Shown: positions 1 to 13,232 of the stretch, in pieces
Numbering within the stretch: the stretch's first letter is position 1
Layout of the letters: every line of letters begins with the position of its first letter
Assembly (NCBI GenBank): GCA_020137815.1
Contig: CM035357.1
Location: 8,216,345-8,280,344 of the forward strand
Direction of reading: 5' to 3'
Length of the DNA stretch: 64,000 bases
DNA from: Hormiphora californensis
Taxonomy: Eukaryota; Animalia; Ctenophora
Notes under the pieces: generated by a model
Database searches by the model: none
The model's input: only the letters and a program-made list of their open reading frames with translations
Told to the model about the DNA's origin: nothing
Made by a program: the position numbers and the translations under genes

Positions 1-295
1 AGAGAGAGATTACAGTTAACTGTGGGTCATGAGCAACAGTTGCAACAGACTGGCGGGCGCCAAATCTAGACAGAGAGCGTTGTAGGTTGTACACACACTC
101 CCTCTTGTGTTACCAAGTCATTTTATCGTGTTTCCAGTGATTCTTTGTGATCTTTACACAAATCTGTCAGAGGGCGACGGGCGTGCGTCTATCGAGACAC
201 AAACTCACGGCAGTGCACGGCCCAATAGACCAGTGCAAATTGTTTGAGCGTGCCGTGCGTCTATTTGAGCCGGCGGGGTCTATACCCCTATGCCT

Positions 296-915
296 TTTTA
301 CAAAAGGCATCCAGGTGAATGCCTTCGGCATTCACCGGGCGGGGAAAAAATCAACACTGCAAATTTTTTTTGAAATTGAACTTAATTAAGCGTAGCAGCA
401 ACGCGACTTAAGTTTTTGGGCATGCGTGTGTGCCTGGCAGACCCCATTTTAGTGACTTTGATGGTCGAAAACCTTGCTAGCCGATCCGGAATACAACTTA
501 TGGTCTAAAACGCTTAGTTTTTGAGTTATGGGCGATTTAGTGAACTGTGACGTCACGCGTTTAATGATAGGTATGCCAATTACAGCTAATTGGACTGTTC
601 TAGTGATTTTAAACCAAACCATCCGCTCCGGAATGGCCATGTTTATATATGACTTATGAAGCAACATATAGCCTAAAATGCTTAGGTGATTTTCTGTTTG
701 GGCAAAATAGGAATATTAATGAATTGAATTAATGATTTGATTTTTAGCCCATTTGTCACCACCAGAAAAAAAGGAGGCCATTTTTTAAGGGGCTCCTGAA
801 ACTCCCTAGTCTCTGAAGTTCCCTGGTTGAATTCGCGGTCAAACCCAGTATTTTTCCCTGCCCGGGTGAATCCCGTAGGCGTTCACCCGGATGTTTTTTA
901 GCAAGCACGTGCTAT
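296..915. mobile_element. Non-autonomous element with imperfect inverted, hairpin-bearing ends (Helentron-associated-like)
   Basis: catccaggtgaatgccttcggcattcaccgggcggggaaaaaa at the left is inverted to ttttttccctgcccgggtgaatcccgtaggcgttcacccggatg at the right. The same tttttccctgcccgg...tttttagca..cacgtgcta motif opens the element at 48305. Confidence 0.45.
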
Positions 916-1077
916 GGACATTGGGTATATTCTAGTAGTACTATAATCCCTGGAAAATGACCAAGGCGGTTCGGTATGCACGTTACTGACCTAGTTTCAG
1001 GAGCATAGCAAGCAGGAAACGCGAGTTACAACTGATACCATGCCTCCACTGTGTGCGGCTGGGTTGGTTTTAGATAG

Positions 1078-2058
1078 GCCCTAAATTTTTCCACAACTCC
1101 TAGATTAAAATTTTTTCTGAACAAAATGACACCAGTGAAAAGTCTCTAAACCATTCTTAAGTGGCTATAGCCATACAGCCAAAAAACGGCTATGCGCAAA
1201 ACCTAATTATCCAATAACCTAATTAACCAGATAAGATAGAGACTTAATTTCAGCACCTATGCCCACGAATGCGAGGACGCTACACACTCTAGAGCCCTAG
1301 ATTTATTCTCTACTCCTTTTAAGGCAGGGAAATGTTGTCGAAAATAGCCTGAACCTAGAAATCATTAGGGGCAAGCTAATTTTTGCACAATCCGATAGTC
1401 AATAGGCCCCAGGACAAAGAAGCTCAAAATCGGACTTTTTACCGTTTTTGCTCATTTTCAGCATCTTTGAATCCAAATAACGGCTAAACGGTTGGAGATA
1501 GAGCTTAAAAGTTCAAGCACGACACCCCATAACTTAGCTATTGGCTACAAAATGGCACCAGTGAAAAGTCTCTAAACCATTCCCAAGTGGCTATAGCCAT
1601 ATGGCCAAAAACGGCTATTTGCGGATATAATTATCCAATTATCGAATTAACCAGACGAGATAGAGACTTAATTTCAGCACCTACTCCCACTAATTCGAGA
1701 ACGCTGAACACTTTAGTACCCTTGGTTTTGTCTCTACTCCTTTCCTAACATGGCTACAGCCATATGGCCAAAAACGGCTATGTGCAGAGCTAATTATCTA
1801 ATTAACCAGACGAGATAGAGACTTAATTCCAGCACCTACCCCGACTAATGCGAGGACGCTGGACACTTAAGTGCCCTCGGTTTTTCCTCTACTCTTTTGC
1901 TAAGACGATTTGCGATTTAATTGATGACTACAAATACACTGTAATCAATTAGGGCACTTCCCCCAACACTTGGGCTTGAAACTTTTTTGGTGGTCCAGGG
2001 GCCTATTGACTATCGGATTGTGCAAAAATTAGCTTGCCCCTAATGATTTCTAGGTTCT
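1078..2058. mobile_element. Decayed repeats related to the 62685-63883 foldback family, including a ~60-bp TIR pair (1351-1410 / 1998-2057)
   Basis: Shares aaagtctctaaaccattc..aagtggctatagccat and gatagagacttaat blocks with 63410-63760. gaacctagaaatcattaggggcaagc...ataggcccc is present in both orientations. Confidence 0.6.
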
Positions 2059-2296
2059 AACAACAATTCCCTGCATTATTTCCTAAGATGGTTTTTGTTT
2101 TTTCTTCCATGCTAGAAATACATGTAATTACATACAGTGAAGGTTTTTGTGCGCTCAGTGCGTGCACGCTCCCGATCATCATGGCTTTTTTTGGGTATAC
2201 TAGACACCTATCCGGACCTACTGGTGAAAAAATTAGCTTGTTGCAAATTTTGCCCAAGATTTGGCCCTTACGTCCTTAGTACACCCTAACTACTAA

Positions 2297-2869
2297 AACG
2301 TTTTCATGGACATATTTCGACGCAGAATAGTCAATTTATGGGGGGGTCGTCCCCCCGACAAAAAGTCGTATCTCGCACCGTTTAGCCGTTATTTGCATAT
2401 TTATGCACATATTCATGATTTAATGCATATTCTGAATATTTCCACTTCAGTTGGTCCTAGAACGTTTTCATGGACATATATTTCGACGCAGAGTAGTCGA
2501 TTTATGGGGGGTCATCCCCCAGACAAAAAGTCGTATCTCGCGCGCACCGTTTAGCCGTTAGTTGCATATTTATGCACCGATTCACGATTTGATGCATATT
2601 CTGAATATTTCTACTTCAGCTAGTCCTAGAACTTTTTTATGGACATATTTCGACGTAGAATAGTCGATTTACGGGGAGTCGTCCCCCGGATAAAAAGTCG
2701 TATCTCGCACCGTTTAGCCGTTATTTGCATATTAATTATGCACCGATTCATGATTTAATGCATATTCTGAATTTTTGCACTTCAGCTGATCCTAGAACGT
2801 TTTCATGGACATATTTCGACACAGAATAGTCGATTATTGGGGATTCGTCCCCTCGACAAAAAGTCGTAT
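2297..2869. repeat. ~165-bp tandem repeat, about 3.5 copies, resuming at 8132 after the LINE insertion
   Basis: Recurring aacgttttcatggacatatttcgac...aaaaagtcgtatctcgcaccgtttagccgtta. A further fragment lies near 31235-31300. Confidence 0.85.
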
Positions 2870-3023
2870 TAAACAGAATTAAACAGAATTAATCAATTAA
2901 AGATCATAACACTAATACTGTGTTGTTAGATCCTAATTCCTTAAGTTAGGTCCCTAGGCTAAATTCCGATTGACGACCCTCCTTCAATGTAAAAAATGTA
3001 ATAAAAAAAGAAACATGATAAAA

Positions 3024-3215
3024 CACACTAACACGCACACACACACACACACCCACTCACACACACACACACACACACACCCACACACACGCATAGCCAT
3101 ACACACACATACACACTCACACTCACTCACACGCACCCACGCACCCACACACACACACACACACAAAGAGAAACACACAAAGACGTACCCACATACCCAC
3201 ACAAATAACACACAC
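3024..3215. repeat. Degenerate (CA)n microsatellite in the LINE 3' UTR
   Basis: Direct reading. Confidence 0.9.
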
Positions 3216-5750
3216 AAACTACCACGTTCGCAAAAGACCGTAAATAATACACGCTCCATACACTGACACTTTCTTCACCAAACATGACTAATAGCGTCAG
3301 TGGAATGGCTCTTCACCGGGCATGGCATGGCGCCAGTGGGGCCGGCATTGGCTGAGCCTGGGACTTTTGCATATGCTAGCAGTTTGGTATTCGTTCGCTG
3401 TGTGAAAGGCATGAAGTGATTGTGTGGTTTGACTTCGTTGGCGTGGGGTTTCGTTGGGGTGTCAGATTTTGATGCAGGGTCTTGACTTGGTCCGAGTTCC
3501 GTGGTGCAGCAGGATGTCTGATGTTGTTGGCTTTACGCAGGAATACCGCAGTTTCCCAGGGGTGATCCTTGAAGAGACATCTCATCCGGACTGCATGAAG
3601 CTAAGGCTTATCTGTAGATAGATGTTGATTCCTAATGACGTCGTACCCTGGGCAATGCAATAGTACATGTTCCTCATCCTCCGTGATTGTCTCGTGTGAG
3701 GGGAGTTGAGAGATGAGCAGGAAAGTAAGGGTATCCTCCGTGGTGCAGATGGGGCAGGCTCTTTTCTTTATCAGTGTGTCCTCTGTCCTTGTGCTTTCCC
3801 TGTATTTTTGTTGTCTCCCTACTTCAATGTTGAATCGGTGAGCACTGCACCTTAGTCTTGCTATCCATTTAGATAGGTCACGTTCGAGGTCAAGATATTC
3901 TTCTGGGTAAAATGATGTTTTCACCGTATTGTACAATTCCATTTCCCTGTTTGTAGTGCGATCCCTTTTCCAACTGGTGGTGAATGTATCTTCCTTGTCG
4001 AGACGGCTCATGGCGAGTACTTGAGTAACCCGGTCCAGCTCCAGCAATTCTTGCTCCTTCAGAGCATAAACCACTAACGGGGTGGAAGTATCATGGCTGT
4101 CACAGTTTTCCATGTCTTTGATACGGTTGAAGGCGCCCACAATCGCCCTATACCGCAACGCTGGGGGCCCGAGTGTGTATTCCCAACGCCATCTTGCAGA
4201 ATGATAGATGCAATCGTTCCAAGGGCGATTTGGCTATGATCTTCAAATTCAGTGAGTCTTTGCTTATAATTGACTTCCAGGATGTGTGCGGGAGCCATAC
4301 TTGAGAGCAGTAGCTAGCCACGGGAAGGACTAGTGAGTCGAAAAGTTTCAGCGCTGTGCGGGGACTTATCGCCGAGAAATCAATTTGTTTCTTCAAGGCG
4401 AATACAGCTCTGAGGGCTTTTTGCTTGAGCTTAGCTTCATTCAGCTTAAATGATCCATTGAGAGTGAAGGTTACACCCAGGTAGCAATATGTTTTTGCGG
4501 AGGGTATTCTCTGTCCCTTGAATGTAAATCTTTCACTTTCTTTTAGTTTGACTGCCGATTTGTTGAATACCATGACTTCTGTTTTCTTGAGGTTTACGGA
4601 GAGCCCCCATTCCTCACAGTATTCCTCTAGTACATCGATGAGTCGTTGGAGGCTGGCAGGGTTTAAAGCCATCAGAACCAAGTCGTCGGCCCACAGGAGG
4701 TGAGAAATGTATTCCCCCGCCAAGGATGGTGATGAAGAAGCCTCTTCCCTGTTGAGTCTTACCGAGAGCTCGTGTACGTAGATCTTAAAGAGCTCAGGAC
4801 TTAGAGGGTGACCCTGTTCTGTACCAGTGTACCGATGTTAACCTCTATAGTCTCTGTGAGCTTACCAAGGAGTTTTATCTTGGCTGCAGATCCAGTATAC
4901 ATATCCTTGAGTACACCAAAGAACCGGCCACGCACGCCGTATTGATAGAGTTTATACAGTAGGGCCTCCCTGCACACGGTGTCAAAGGCTTTGGAGTAGT
5001 CTACAAACACCGTGTACAGGCGAGATTTTTGCTGGATGTATTTATCTATGGTTGTCTTCAGGGTTAGGACATGGTCAGCGGTTTGCTCTCCTTTACAGAA
5101 CCCCAGTTGATTCGGAAGATCTGGTACTTCAATAGAGCGGAAATCCAGAAGCCTATCCAATAGAATCCCAGAGAATAGCTTTCCAAGGTTGCTTGCTACT
5201 GCCACTGCTCTGTAAGTTGTTGGGATCATACCTACTGCCTTTCTTATGTAGCGGGGTAACGAGTGATTCTTTCCAGGGATAACACTGGTTTCGAAGACAT
5301 TGGTTAAACAGGTTAGTTGTCGCCTCCATGACTTCGGGACTGCTTGCTTTCAGAAACTCATTGGAAATCTGGTCCTCAGCCACTGCTTTTCCGTCCCTGA
5401 GTCTCCTTGTTACAGCTGCTACTTCTTCTACTGACACATCCCTATTGAGAGCTTCATCTAGATCCTCTGATATGGGTTCCTCGCATGGCGTATCCCAGCA
5501 CAAAGCTTGTTCCTTTCCTGACAGAGCGGCTGGTGGGGGCTGCTTGGCGTAGAGTTTCTTGAAGAACTTGCAGAAGTTTTTCATGTCGAACGCGTCCAGC
5601 TTGCTATCCAAGGGTGCAAAGCTCTTCAACTTCTTGAGATTTTTCCAGTCGATGTTACCATCATCGATATCTTGGGAGAGTTCTCTGATGTAGCGTCTCT
5701 TTGTGTTTCTTACCAACCTTCTGTGATCCTTTTTCGCTGTGAATAGTTTA

Positions 5751-7738
5751 GTAGAGTCGATAACTACAGGGTGTCCCACTGTCTTTGCGTGACCTGTGAT
5801 TTTGGGTGGTGAGTGGGTTCCATTCAAATGCTCATAACTCATCGAAAAATAGGTCAAAACGGCTCAACCAAAAACAGTGTTGTAGAGAATTGTCAGGCGA
5901 ACGTTTGGGTACAAGATTGATGTTCCAAGTCTTACCAACCGTCAGATATATCGTCTTAAAGTCAAAAATACGTATTCATGAAATCCGACCGGGGTTCACG
6001 TTTTGAAAAATTCACAAATGCAAAGTTGCTCGGATCACATTGCATCCCTCATAAGAGTTGTAGGAAATTGTCTGGCGGTCATTTTGGTACCCGCGTTTTT
6101 GTCCTAGCTCAATGTTTAGAGTGTCTTATGACTGTCAGAACTGGAATTTTCACAAAAGTGGTCTCAGGTATCGCATTACATTTTGCCCTGTTATGAAGAT
6201 CATTGCTGCTTGAATAACATCTTAGTGCATGATAGGGTTGAGATAGACCACTTGCGTATCCTACACATTAACAGGGGCCTTGCCAAATCGTCATAATAAC
6301 CCTGTCAAGTGTCTAGATGAAATTGAGACGATATGTCCTGATTAGCATGGGATTACACACGACACCGAGCCACCTAATTAGGCGCTGTGAGCCGATACCA
6401 ACTAAGACTCAGCGTAGAAAATCTTAATGTTCCTACAGTCATAACGCAACTAAAACGTAGAGCTATGGAAAAAATCATGGTGTCAAAATGAACCTTAGAC
6501 GATTCCAATGAAGCTCTTATAAATTTCAAACCATTTTACCCATTTGTTGATGACACGTGATCCCCTCAAAAATGTTGGTTGAATTTCGTCTTTAGACAGT
6601 CATAAGACACTTTAAACATTGAGCTAGGACAAAAACCCGGGTACCAAAATGACCGCCAGACAATTTCCTACAACTCTTATGAGGGATGCAATGTGATCCG
6701 AGCAACTTTGCATTTGTGAATTTTTCAAAACGTGAACCCCGGTCGGATTTCATGAACACGTATTTTTGACTTTAAGACGATATATCTGACGGTTGGTAAG
6801 ACTTGGAACATCAATCTTGTACCCAAATGTTCGCCTGACAATTCTCTACAACACTGTTTTTGGTTGAGCCGTTTTGACCTATTTTTCGATGAGTTATGAG
6901 CATTTGAATGGAACCCACTCACCACCCAAAATCACAGGTCACGCAAAGACAGTGGGACACCCTGTACATCGACCTCTCCCAATTGTTCCAGTTTTTGTCA
7001 CATCAGTTTGGAGCCTCGACACGACCTCTAAACAGGTGTTACTTTTTCACAAGCTGTTTTCATCTTGGTGTAATCAGCAGTTGAAATGTTGCTGATCATA
7101 ACAAAAATCTGACTAAATTTTTTCAACTTGGGGTACAACCATGGGTGTCAAAAGTTAGCTCTAGGTCCCCTGAGTAACCATCCGGAGACTCCAAGAGATA
7201 TTTCAAGCCGTTCTCCTGTAATCATTAATCCCGGTAGAGCACATATTTGAGTATGGGCGTACGTGCAATTGCCTACAACCTCAACTTTAATGTATAACGT
7301 TAATGTGCGTCTCTCTCTTTTCTCCCCCTTGAGAAAGAGTTATCTCGCGCGGCGCAACCGCACGTGCGGTTTTTCCAGAGAGAGTGAGAGACATACAATA
7401 ACATGTAAACAGCCTGCCAGCGCTCACGTACGTCCGCATTGTATTTTTTTCTCCACCGGGATTAATGATTACGGGAGAACGGCTTGAAATATCTCTTAGA
7501 GTCTCCGGATGGTTACTCAGGGGACCTAGAGCTAACTTTTGACACCCATGGTTTTACCCCAAGTTGAAAAAATTTAGTCAGGTTTTTGTTATGATCAGCA
7601 ACATTTCAACTGCTGATTACACCAAGATGAAAACAGTTTGTGAAAAAGTAACACCTGTTTAGAGGTCGTGTCGAGGCTCCAAACAGATGTGACAAAACTG
7701 GAACAATTGGGAGAGGTCGATGTAGTTATCGACTCTAC
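5751..7738. mobile_element. Long-TIR MITE (GTAGAGTCG ends, TA TSD) inserted in the LINE
   Basis: gtagagtcgataactacatcgacctctcccaattg is inverted at 7705-7738, with arms of roughly 290 bp, flanked by TA. A left-arm copy is at 32996-33270. Confidence 0.85.
5767..6964. mobile_element. Tc1/mariner-type MITE with ~370-bp TIRs nested in the left arm of the previous element
   Basis: TA|CAGGGTGTCCC...GGGACACCCTG|TA. The ORF track shows mirror ORFs at 5806 (+) and 6725 (-). Confidence 0.9.
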
Positions 7739-8211
7739 TAGTTGGCCCGTGACCGTTCCGGAGGGATTTCTGCCTGCTCTTTGGGAGATTCTGTTAACCA
7801 TTTTCCTGGAGGGTAGGCAATGTCTAAACCATGGTTGTTTGGGGATGGTTTTGCTTCTTTTTGTTTTCTTTCGATTGGGGTTCTCTTTTTTGAGGGGCAC
7901 AGTGATGTCTGCGGCCTTTTTGAAAACTCCCACTAGCCTGTTGTTGAGATCTATAGTTTCAGTGGCTGACGAGCAGGATACTTCTTTGATTGCCTTGGCT
8001 TCTGCGTTACAGGCGTCACCTAGAAGTGTCATCTTGAAAGCTTTTTTGTCTTCAGCGGTGTGGATTTTGTATCTTCTCGGTGCTGGATCTAGGTCGGCTA
8101 GAAGTGTTTCCTCCATGATTTGGGGACCAGGGTCGTATGTCGCACCGTTTAGCCGTTATTTGCATTATATTATTATTAACTAGAAAGCCCGTTGGCTGGA
8201 CCCCTTTGATG

Positions 8212-8231
8212 TCTCTCTCTCCCTCTATCTT

Positions 8232-8312
<81 letters not shown>

Positions 8313-8553
8313 ATATCTCTATATATAATATATAATATATATAATATATATAATATGTATATATATAATATATATCTCTATCTATCTCTCTCTCTATCTA
8401 CCATTCTCTCACTTCATCTCTTCATCATATCCTTTCTCTATCTCTCTCTCTGTCCCTCTATCTCTCTTTCCCTCTATCTCTCTATATCTCTCGCTCTATC
8501 TAGCTCGCTGTCCCTCTGTATCTCTATCTCTCTCGCTCCATCTCTCTCAGCTC

Positions 8554-8588
<35 letters not shown>

Positions 8589-8660
8589 AGCTCTCTCCCT
8601 CTATCTCTCTTTGTCTCTATCTCTACCTCTCTCACTCACTCTCTCTCTCACTCTCTCACT
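8212..8660. repeat. (CT)n/(AT)n microsatellite tract
   Basis: Direct reading. Confidence 0.9.
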
Positions 8661-10127
8661 CCATCATGTCGGGCTGAAGAATATGGAGGTTGGTAGAGTG
8701 GTAGCAGGTAGGGATGGTGATGAACATCAAGGGTCATCGTTAGATGGCTGCTTGAAACGTGCCGAATTAGGTGATAAACATCCGTAGAATTGTAGCTGTG
8801 TAGAGTAGTTAACGGGGGATCGTAGGTAGAAACGCTTTGGTATTCATCGGGGCCGAAGCAGTAGATGGCGAAACACCGCAGAAACACGCAACACAACATC
8901 AAATAACATGCACGTGCAGTATTCACACCCTTGCCCACCAACCATAACAACCCCTTGATTCGCATGGGCAAATGGAGCAAATTGTTGCACGCTAGTGTTG
9001 CACGCTAGGATACTCCATCATCACGCATTTGCAAATTATAATAATGACTAGAGAGCCCAGGCAAAAGAACAAAAAACTCTCACACCCTATTGACTCCTCT
9101 CAATCCTAATCCCTGGCTCATGCCTACTCCCCTCAGTCCTCACCCATATTATCCCTATTGACTCCCCTAGGCCCCTATTGAATCATATCGTCCCCTATTC
9201 ACGTCATCTCACCCTCTATTCACTTTCCTATAACGCCATAAGGAATACTTCCCTATCCCCTCTCTCAATCTGTGATGTGAAGCAGTTCAAAAACACACAT
9301 TTCTTACAAATTTTTCATCATTTCCCCCATTACTCCGTCATTTCTCAACCAATTTCGAAAATCTTGGGCTCATTCGAAAGATAATCTTAAGCTCTTTCAA
9401 ATCAGCTATTATCCCCCAAATTTATAAAACCTTTACACACGCACGTGCACTCCCCAAGCCCCACCAACCACCCCTATCAACATGTCAATTTTCCACGTGC
9501 AAACCCTAAAAACCCCCAAAAAAACAATTGTCTTGCAACCATCTCTGCTTTATAATATAGACTAAAGAGCCCAGGCAAAAGAACAAAAAACTCTCACCTC
9601 TATTGACTCCTCTCAATCCCGATCCCTGGCTCAGATCATGCCTACTTTGCTCCCTACGGCGCCGCTTCTCGGCACCTCCGGTCGCGAGATCTTACTCCAC
9701 GCCCCCCTTCCCCCTGTTGACTCCCCTCAGTCCTCACCCCTCTTATCCCTATTGAATTATATCGTCCCCTATAATTCACTCCATCTCACCCTCTATTTAC
9801 TCCCCTATAACGCCATAATGAACACTCCCCTCAGCCCTCTCTCAATCTGTGATCTGAGGCAGTTTAGTACCCCAAATTTTCCCTCATTTTTCACCATTTT
9901 CGCCATAACTCTGTCATTTCGCAACCAATTTCAAAATACCAAGACTCATTGGAAAGGTAATCTCAAGCTCTTTCCAAAGAGCTATTATCCCCCAAGATTA
10001 GAAAAACTTTACACACGCACGTGCACTCCCCAAACCCCACCAAACACCCCTAACAACACGTCAATTTTCCACGTGCAAGCCCTAAAAACCCCCCAAAAAC
10101 CAATTGTCTTGCAAGGTTCTCCGCTTT

Positions 10128-10719
10128 GGTGTGCGGACTCTAGTGCTACACTCTAAGTCTACAGTGGACTCTATATCTAAATTTAGATTTAGATAAAGAG
10201 TCCAAATAAGTCTAAACTCTAGGAGGACTCTATCTCTAAAAAGTCTAAACAGGGCGGACTCTTTATCTAAAAAGTCTACAAAGAGCGGACTCTATATCTA
10301 CACAAATCTAAATTAGACATAGAGTCCGCCATTCTCAGCGAACTCGAGATTTCGGCCGTTAGGCTGTAAACGAGAGTTTGCTGTACCTCTATACTAATTG
10401 AGAAGTGTTAGGGCCATTATTTGGGTTCGAGGTTAGGGTTAGGGTTATGGTTAGGGTTAGCTTTTGGGTTGGTTTAGGATTTTAGACATAGAGTCCGGGT
10501 TGGGGGATTTGGCGCCAAAATGTACCAGGGGACTCTATGTCTAAAAAGTCTACACAGTGCGGACTCTATATCTAAAAAGTCTACACTGGGCGGACTCTTT
10601 ATCTAAACTTTTTTCAAAGTCTAACTGTAGATAAAGAGTCCGCTTTTAGATATAGAGTCCGCCTTGAATTTAGATAAATAAATAATAAAAGAGTCCGTTA
10701 GCACTAGAGTCCGCCCACC
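10128..10719. mobile_element. Mutator-like MITE, copy 1 (9-bp TSD, internal TTAGGG-like repeats)
   Basis: TIR ggt(g/a)(g/t)gcggactctagtgcta. TSD ctc(c/t)gcttt. Many ggactct.tatcta subrepeats. Confidence 0.85.
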
Positions 10720-11627
10720 CTCTGCTTTATAATATAGACTAGAGAGCCCAGGCAAAAGAACAAAAAACTCTCACACCCTATCGATTCATCTCAATACCGA
10801 TCCCTGGCTCATGCCTAATTTGCTCCCTACGGCGCCGCTTCGCGGCACCTCCGATCGCGAGATCATAATCCACGCCCCCTTCCCCCTGTTGACTCCCCTC
10901 AGTCCTCACCCCTCTTATCCCTATTGACTCCCCTCGGCCCCTATTAAATCATATCGTCCCCTATTCACTCCATCTGACCCTCTATTCACTCCCCTATAAC
11001 GCCATAATGGACACTCCCCTCACCCCTCTCTCAATCTGTGATCTGAAGCAGTTCGGAGCCCCACATTTTCCCTCATTTTTCACCATTTCCCCCATTACTC
11101 AGTCATTTCTCAACCAATTTCCAAAATCTTGGGCTCATTAGAAAGATAATCTCATACTCTTTCAAATCAGCTATTATCCCCAAAATTAATAAAACCTTTA
11201 CACACGCACGTGCACGCCCCAAACCCCACCAACCACCCCTATCAACATGTCAATTTTCCTGCTTTATAATAGAGATAGCGCACCCATTGGGTGCGCCTCA
11301 AGTAAGGCCTTTTCATAACCCACCCGGCTTCGCCGGTTGGTTCTTTTCGCCCTTTCAACGTCAATAACACGCGGTTGTCATGGCAACTGAATTGGTAATT
11401 ATAGGGACTGGCATGTTAAAATTCATTCGAAAATATCAACAAACTTCCACTGGAAGTTCCAAAAGTGTTAGCAACAGCTTTACAGCTTTGAGCACATGAA
11501 GTATTTTATGAAGGAGCAGCCTGTCGCTTAGATACCGCTGAACGAACGACTTCGACTTCGACGTTCATCTCCAAATTATAATATAGATATTTATGACACC
11601 TGTTTACAAAAATCCTGAGAAACTGGA

Positions 11628-13232
11628 TCAAAAAACAAAGGAATTTGTTTGGAACACCCGTGGCCTTTTGTCGATTGTACTTGACGCTGCGGGAAATGCA
11701 CCCTTCGTCAGAGCAAGACGCGAGGAAGAGTGAGAGAGAGAGAGAGAGGGAGTGTGTGTGCGTGTGTTAGAGAGAGATGGCACAACGATTAGGGTGCGTC
11801 ATTTTGCAAAAAAGTTTTCCGATTTGACTGAAACCTTCCCAGAAGTTGTGGACAGGTACACAGAGAAGGACTGTGAAGTTTCAGCCCCCTACTCCAACTC
11901 CTTACGGGTACAAAATGCTTTTTATGCGCATGGGAAGTGTTACTTCCCGCGCGCCCATTTTGGCCCATTTTTGCCATTTTAGGACATCCAAAAAATCTAC
12001 AAAAATTTCTAGTTGCTTCTTGGATTGCTAAGAGTCGTTTATAAGTCAAATAAAAGCATTTAAACGATTTTTGTAAAAAAATAATTTTATTTTTCCCCCA
12101 TTTTTGGCAGGCTTGACACAAGGCTTCATTTCATATCCTTCCATTTGACCTTTGCTGTTGTTTTTCTTATACAGGCCCATAAACCCTCAGAGATGCTAAA
12201 AGAAGTTAATAGAGGACCATAGAGACCCAGAGAGGCCCATAGAGACCCATAATGGCCCCTATATACCCATAGAGGCCTATGCGGGATGACATTGAGGTTC
12301 ATAGAGGCCCCTTAGAGGGTCATAGAGACCAATTAAGGTCCATAGAGGCCCACACAGGCCACTAGAGCTTCATAGAGTCCCCTTAAAGGCCCATAGAGAC
12401 CGACAGAGGGTTTATGTATGCACATAGAGGTCCATAAAGCTTCAAAGAGGCCCGTAGATGCCATTAGAGGCTTATAGAGTCCTCTTGAGGCCCCTTAGAG
12501 AGTATATAGACCATCTGTCGGTCTCTATGGGCCTTTAAGGGGACTCTATGAAGCTCTAGTGGCCTGTGTGGGCCTCTATGGACCTTAATTGGTCTCTATG
12601 ACCCTCTAAGGGGCCTCTATGAACCTCAATGCCATCCCGCATAGGCCTCTATGGGTATATAGGGGCCATTATGGGTCTCTATGGGCCTCTCTGGGTCTCT
12701 ATGGTCCTCTATTAACTTCTTTTAGCATCTCTGAGGGTTTATGGGCCTGTATAAGAAAAACAACAGCAAAGGTCAAATGGAAGGATATGAAATGAAGCCT
12801 TGTGTCAAGCCTGCCAAAAATGGGGGAAAAATAAAATTATTTTTTTACAAAAATCGTTTAAATGCTTTTATTTGACTTATAAACGACTCTTAGCAATCCA
12901 AGAAGCAACTAGAAATTTTTGTAGATTTTTTGGATGTCCTAAAATGGCAAAAATGGGCCAAAATGGGTGCGCGGGAAGTAACACTTCCCATGCGCATAAA
13001 AAGCATTTTGTACCCGTAAGGAGTTGGAGTAGGGGGCTGAAACTTCACAGTCCTTCTCTGTGTACCTGTCCACAACTTCTGGGAAGGTTTCAGTCAAATC
13101 GGAAAACTTTTTTGCAAAATGACGCACCCTAACAACGATACCTAGTAGCTCAGATTATGGGTGCATTTCCCGCAGCGTCAAGTATCGACAAAAGGCCACG
13201 GGTGTTCCAAACAAATTTCCTTTGTTTTTGGT
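11628..13232. mobile_element. Older TIR element (~75-bp inverted ends) hosting the hAT-like foldback
   Basis: aaaaacaaaggaatttgtttggaacacccgtggcc...aaatgcaccc is inverted at 13160-13230. Confidence 0.7.
11790..13131. mobile_element. hAT-like foldback element, ~620-bp near-perfect arms
   Basis: TAGGGTGCG...CGCACCCTA with 8-bp TSD ACAACGAT. Mirror ORFs at 11789 (-) and 12800 (+) differ by one residue. Confidence 0.9.

Larger units (their letters stand above)
2870..8131 (-). mobile_element. 5'-truncated, frameshifted non-LTR retrotransposon (RTE-X/L2-like RT with C-terminal Cys/His domain), interrupted by nested MITEs
   Basis: Minus-strand ORFs carry RT motifs (NQLGFCKG, FVDYSKAFD, HLLWADDLVL, YCYLGV) and LRCSAHRFNIEVGR..CPIC..EDEEHVLLHC. 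The 3' tail is aaacagaatt repeats. 7-bp TSD GTCGTAT at 2863-2869 and 8132-8138. Clade assignment is uncertain. Confidence 0.9.
8180..11587 (-). mobile_element. Head-to-tail train of five non-autonomous Helitron-like elements (8180-9047, 9048-9561, 9562-10738, 10739-11275, 11276-11587)
   Basis: On the minus strand each unit starts TC(T/A)..ATTATAA and ends CTAG (one TTAG, one CTA variant). The train sits between A and T with no TSD. The rightmost unit has the terminal hairpin gcgcacccaatgggtgcgc; the other families lack an obvious terminal hairpin. Confidence 0.7.
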
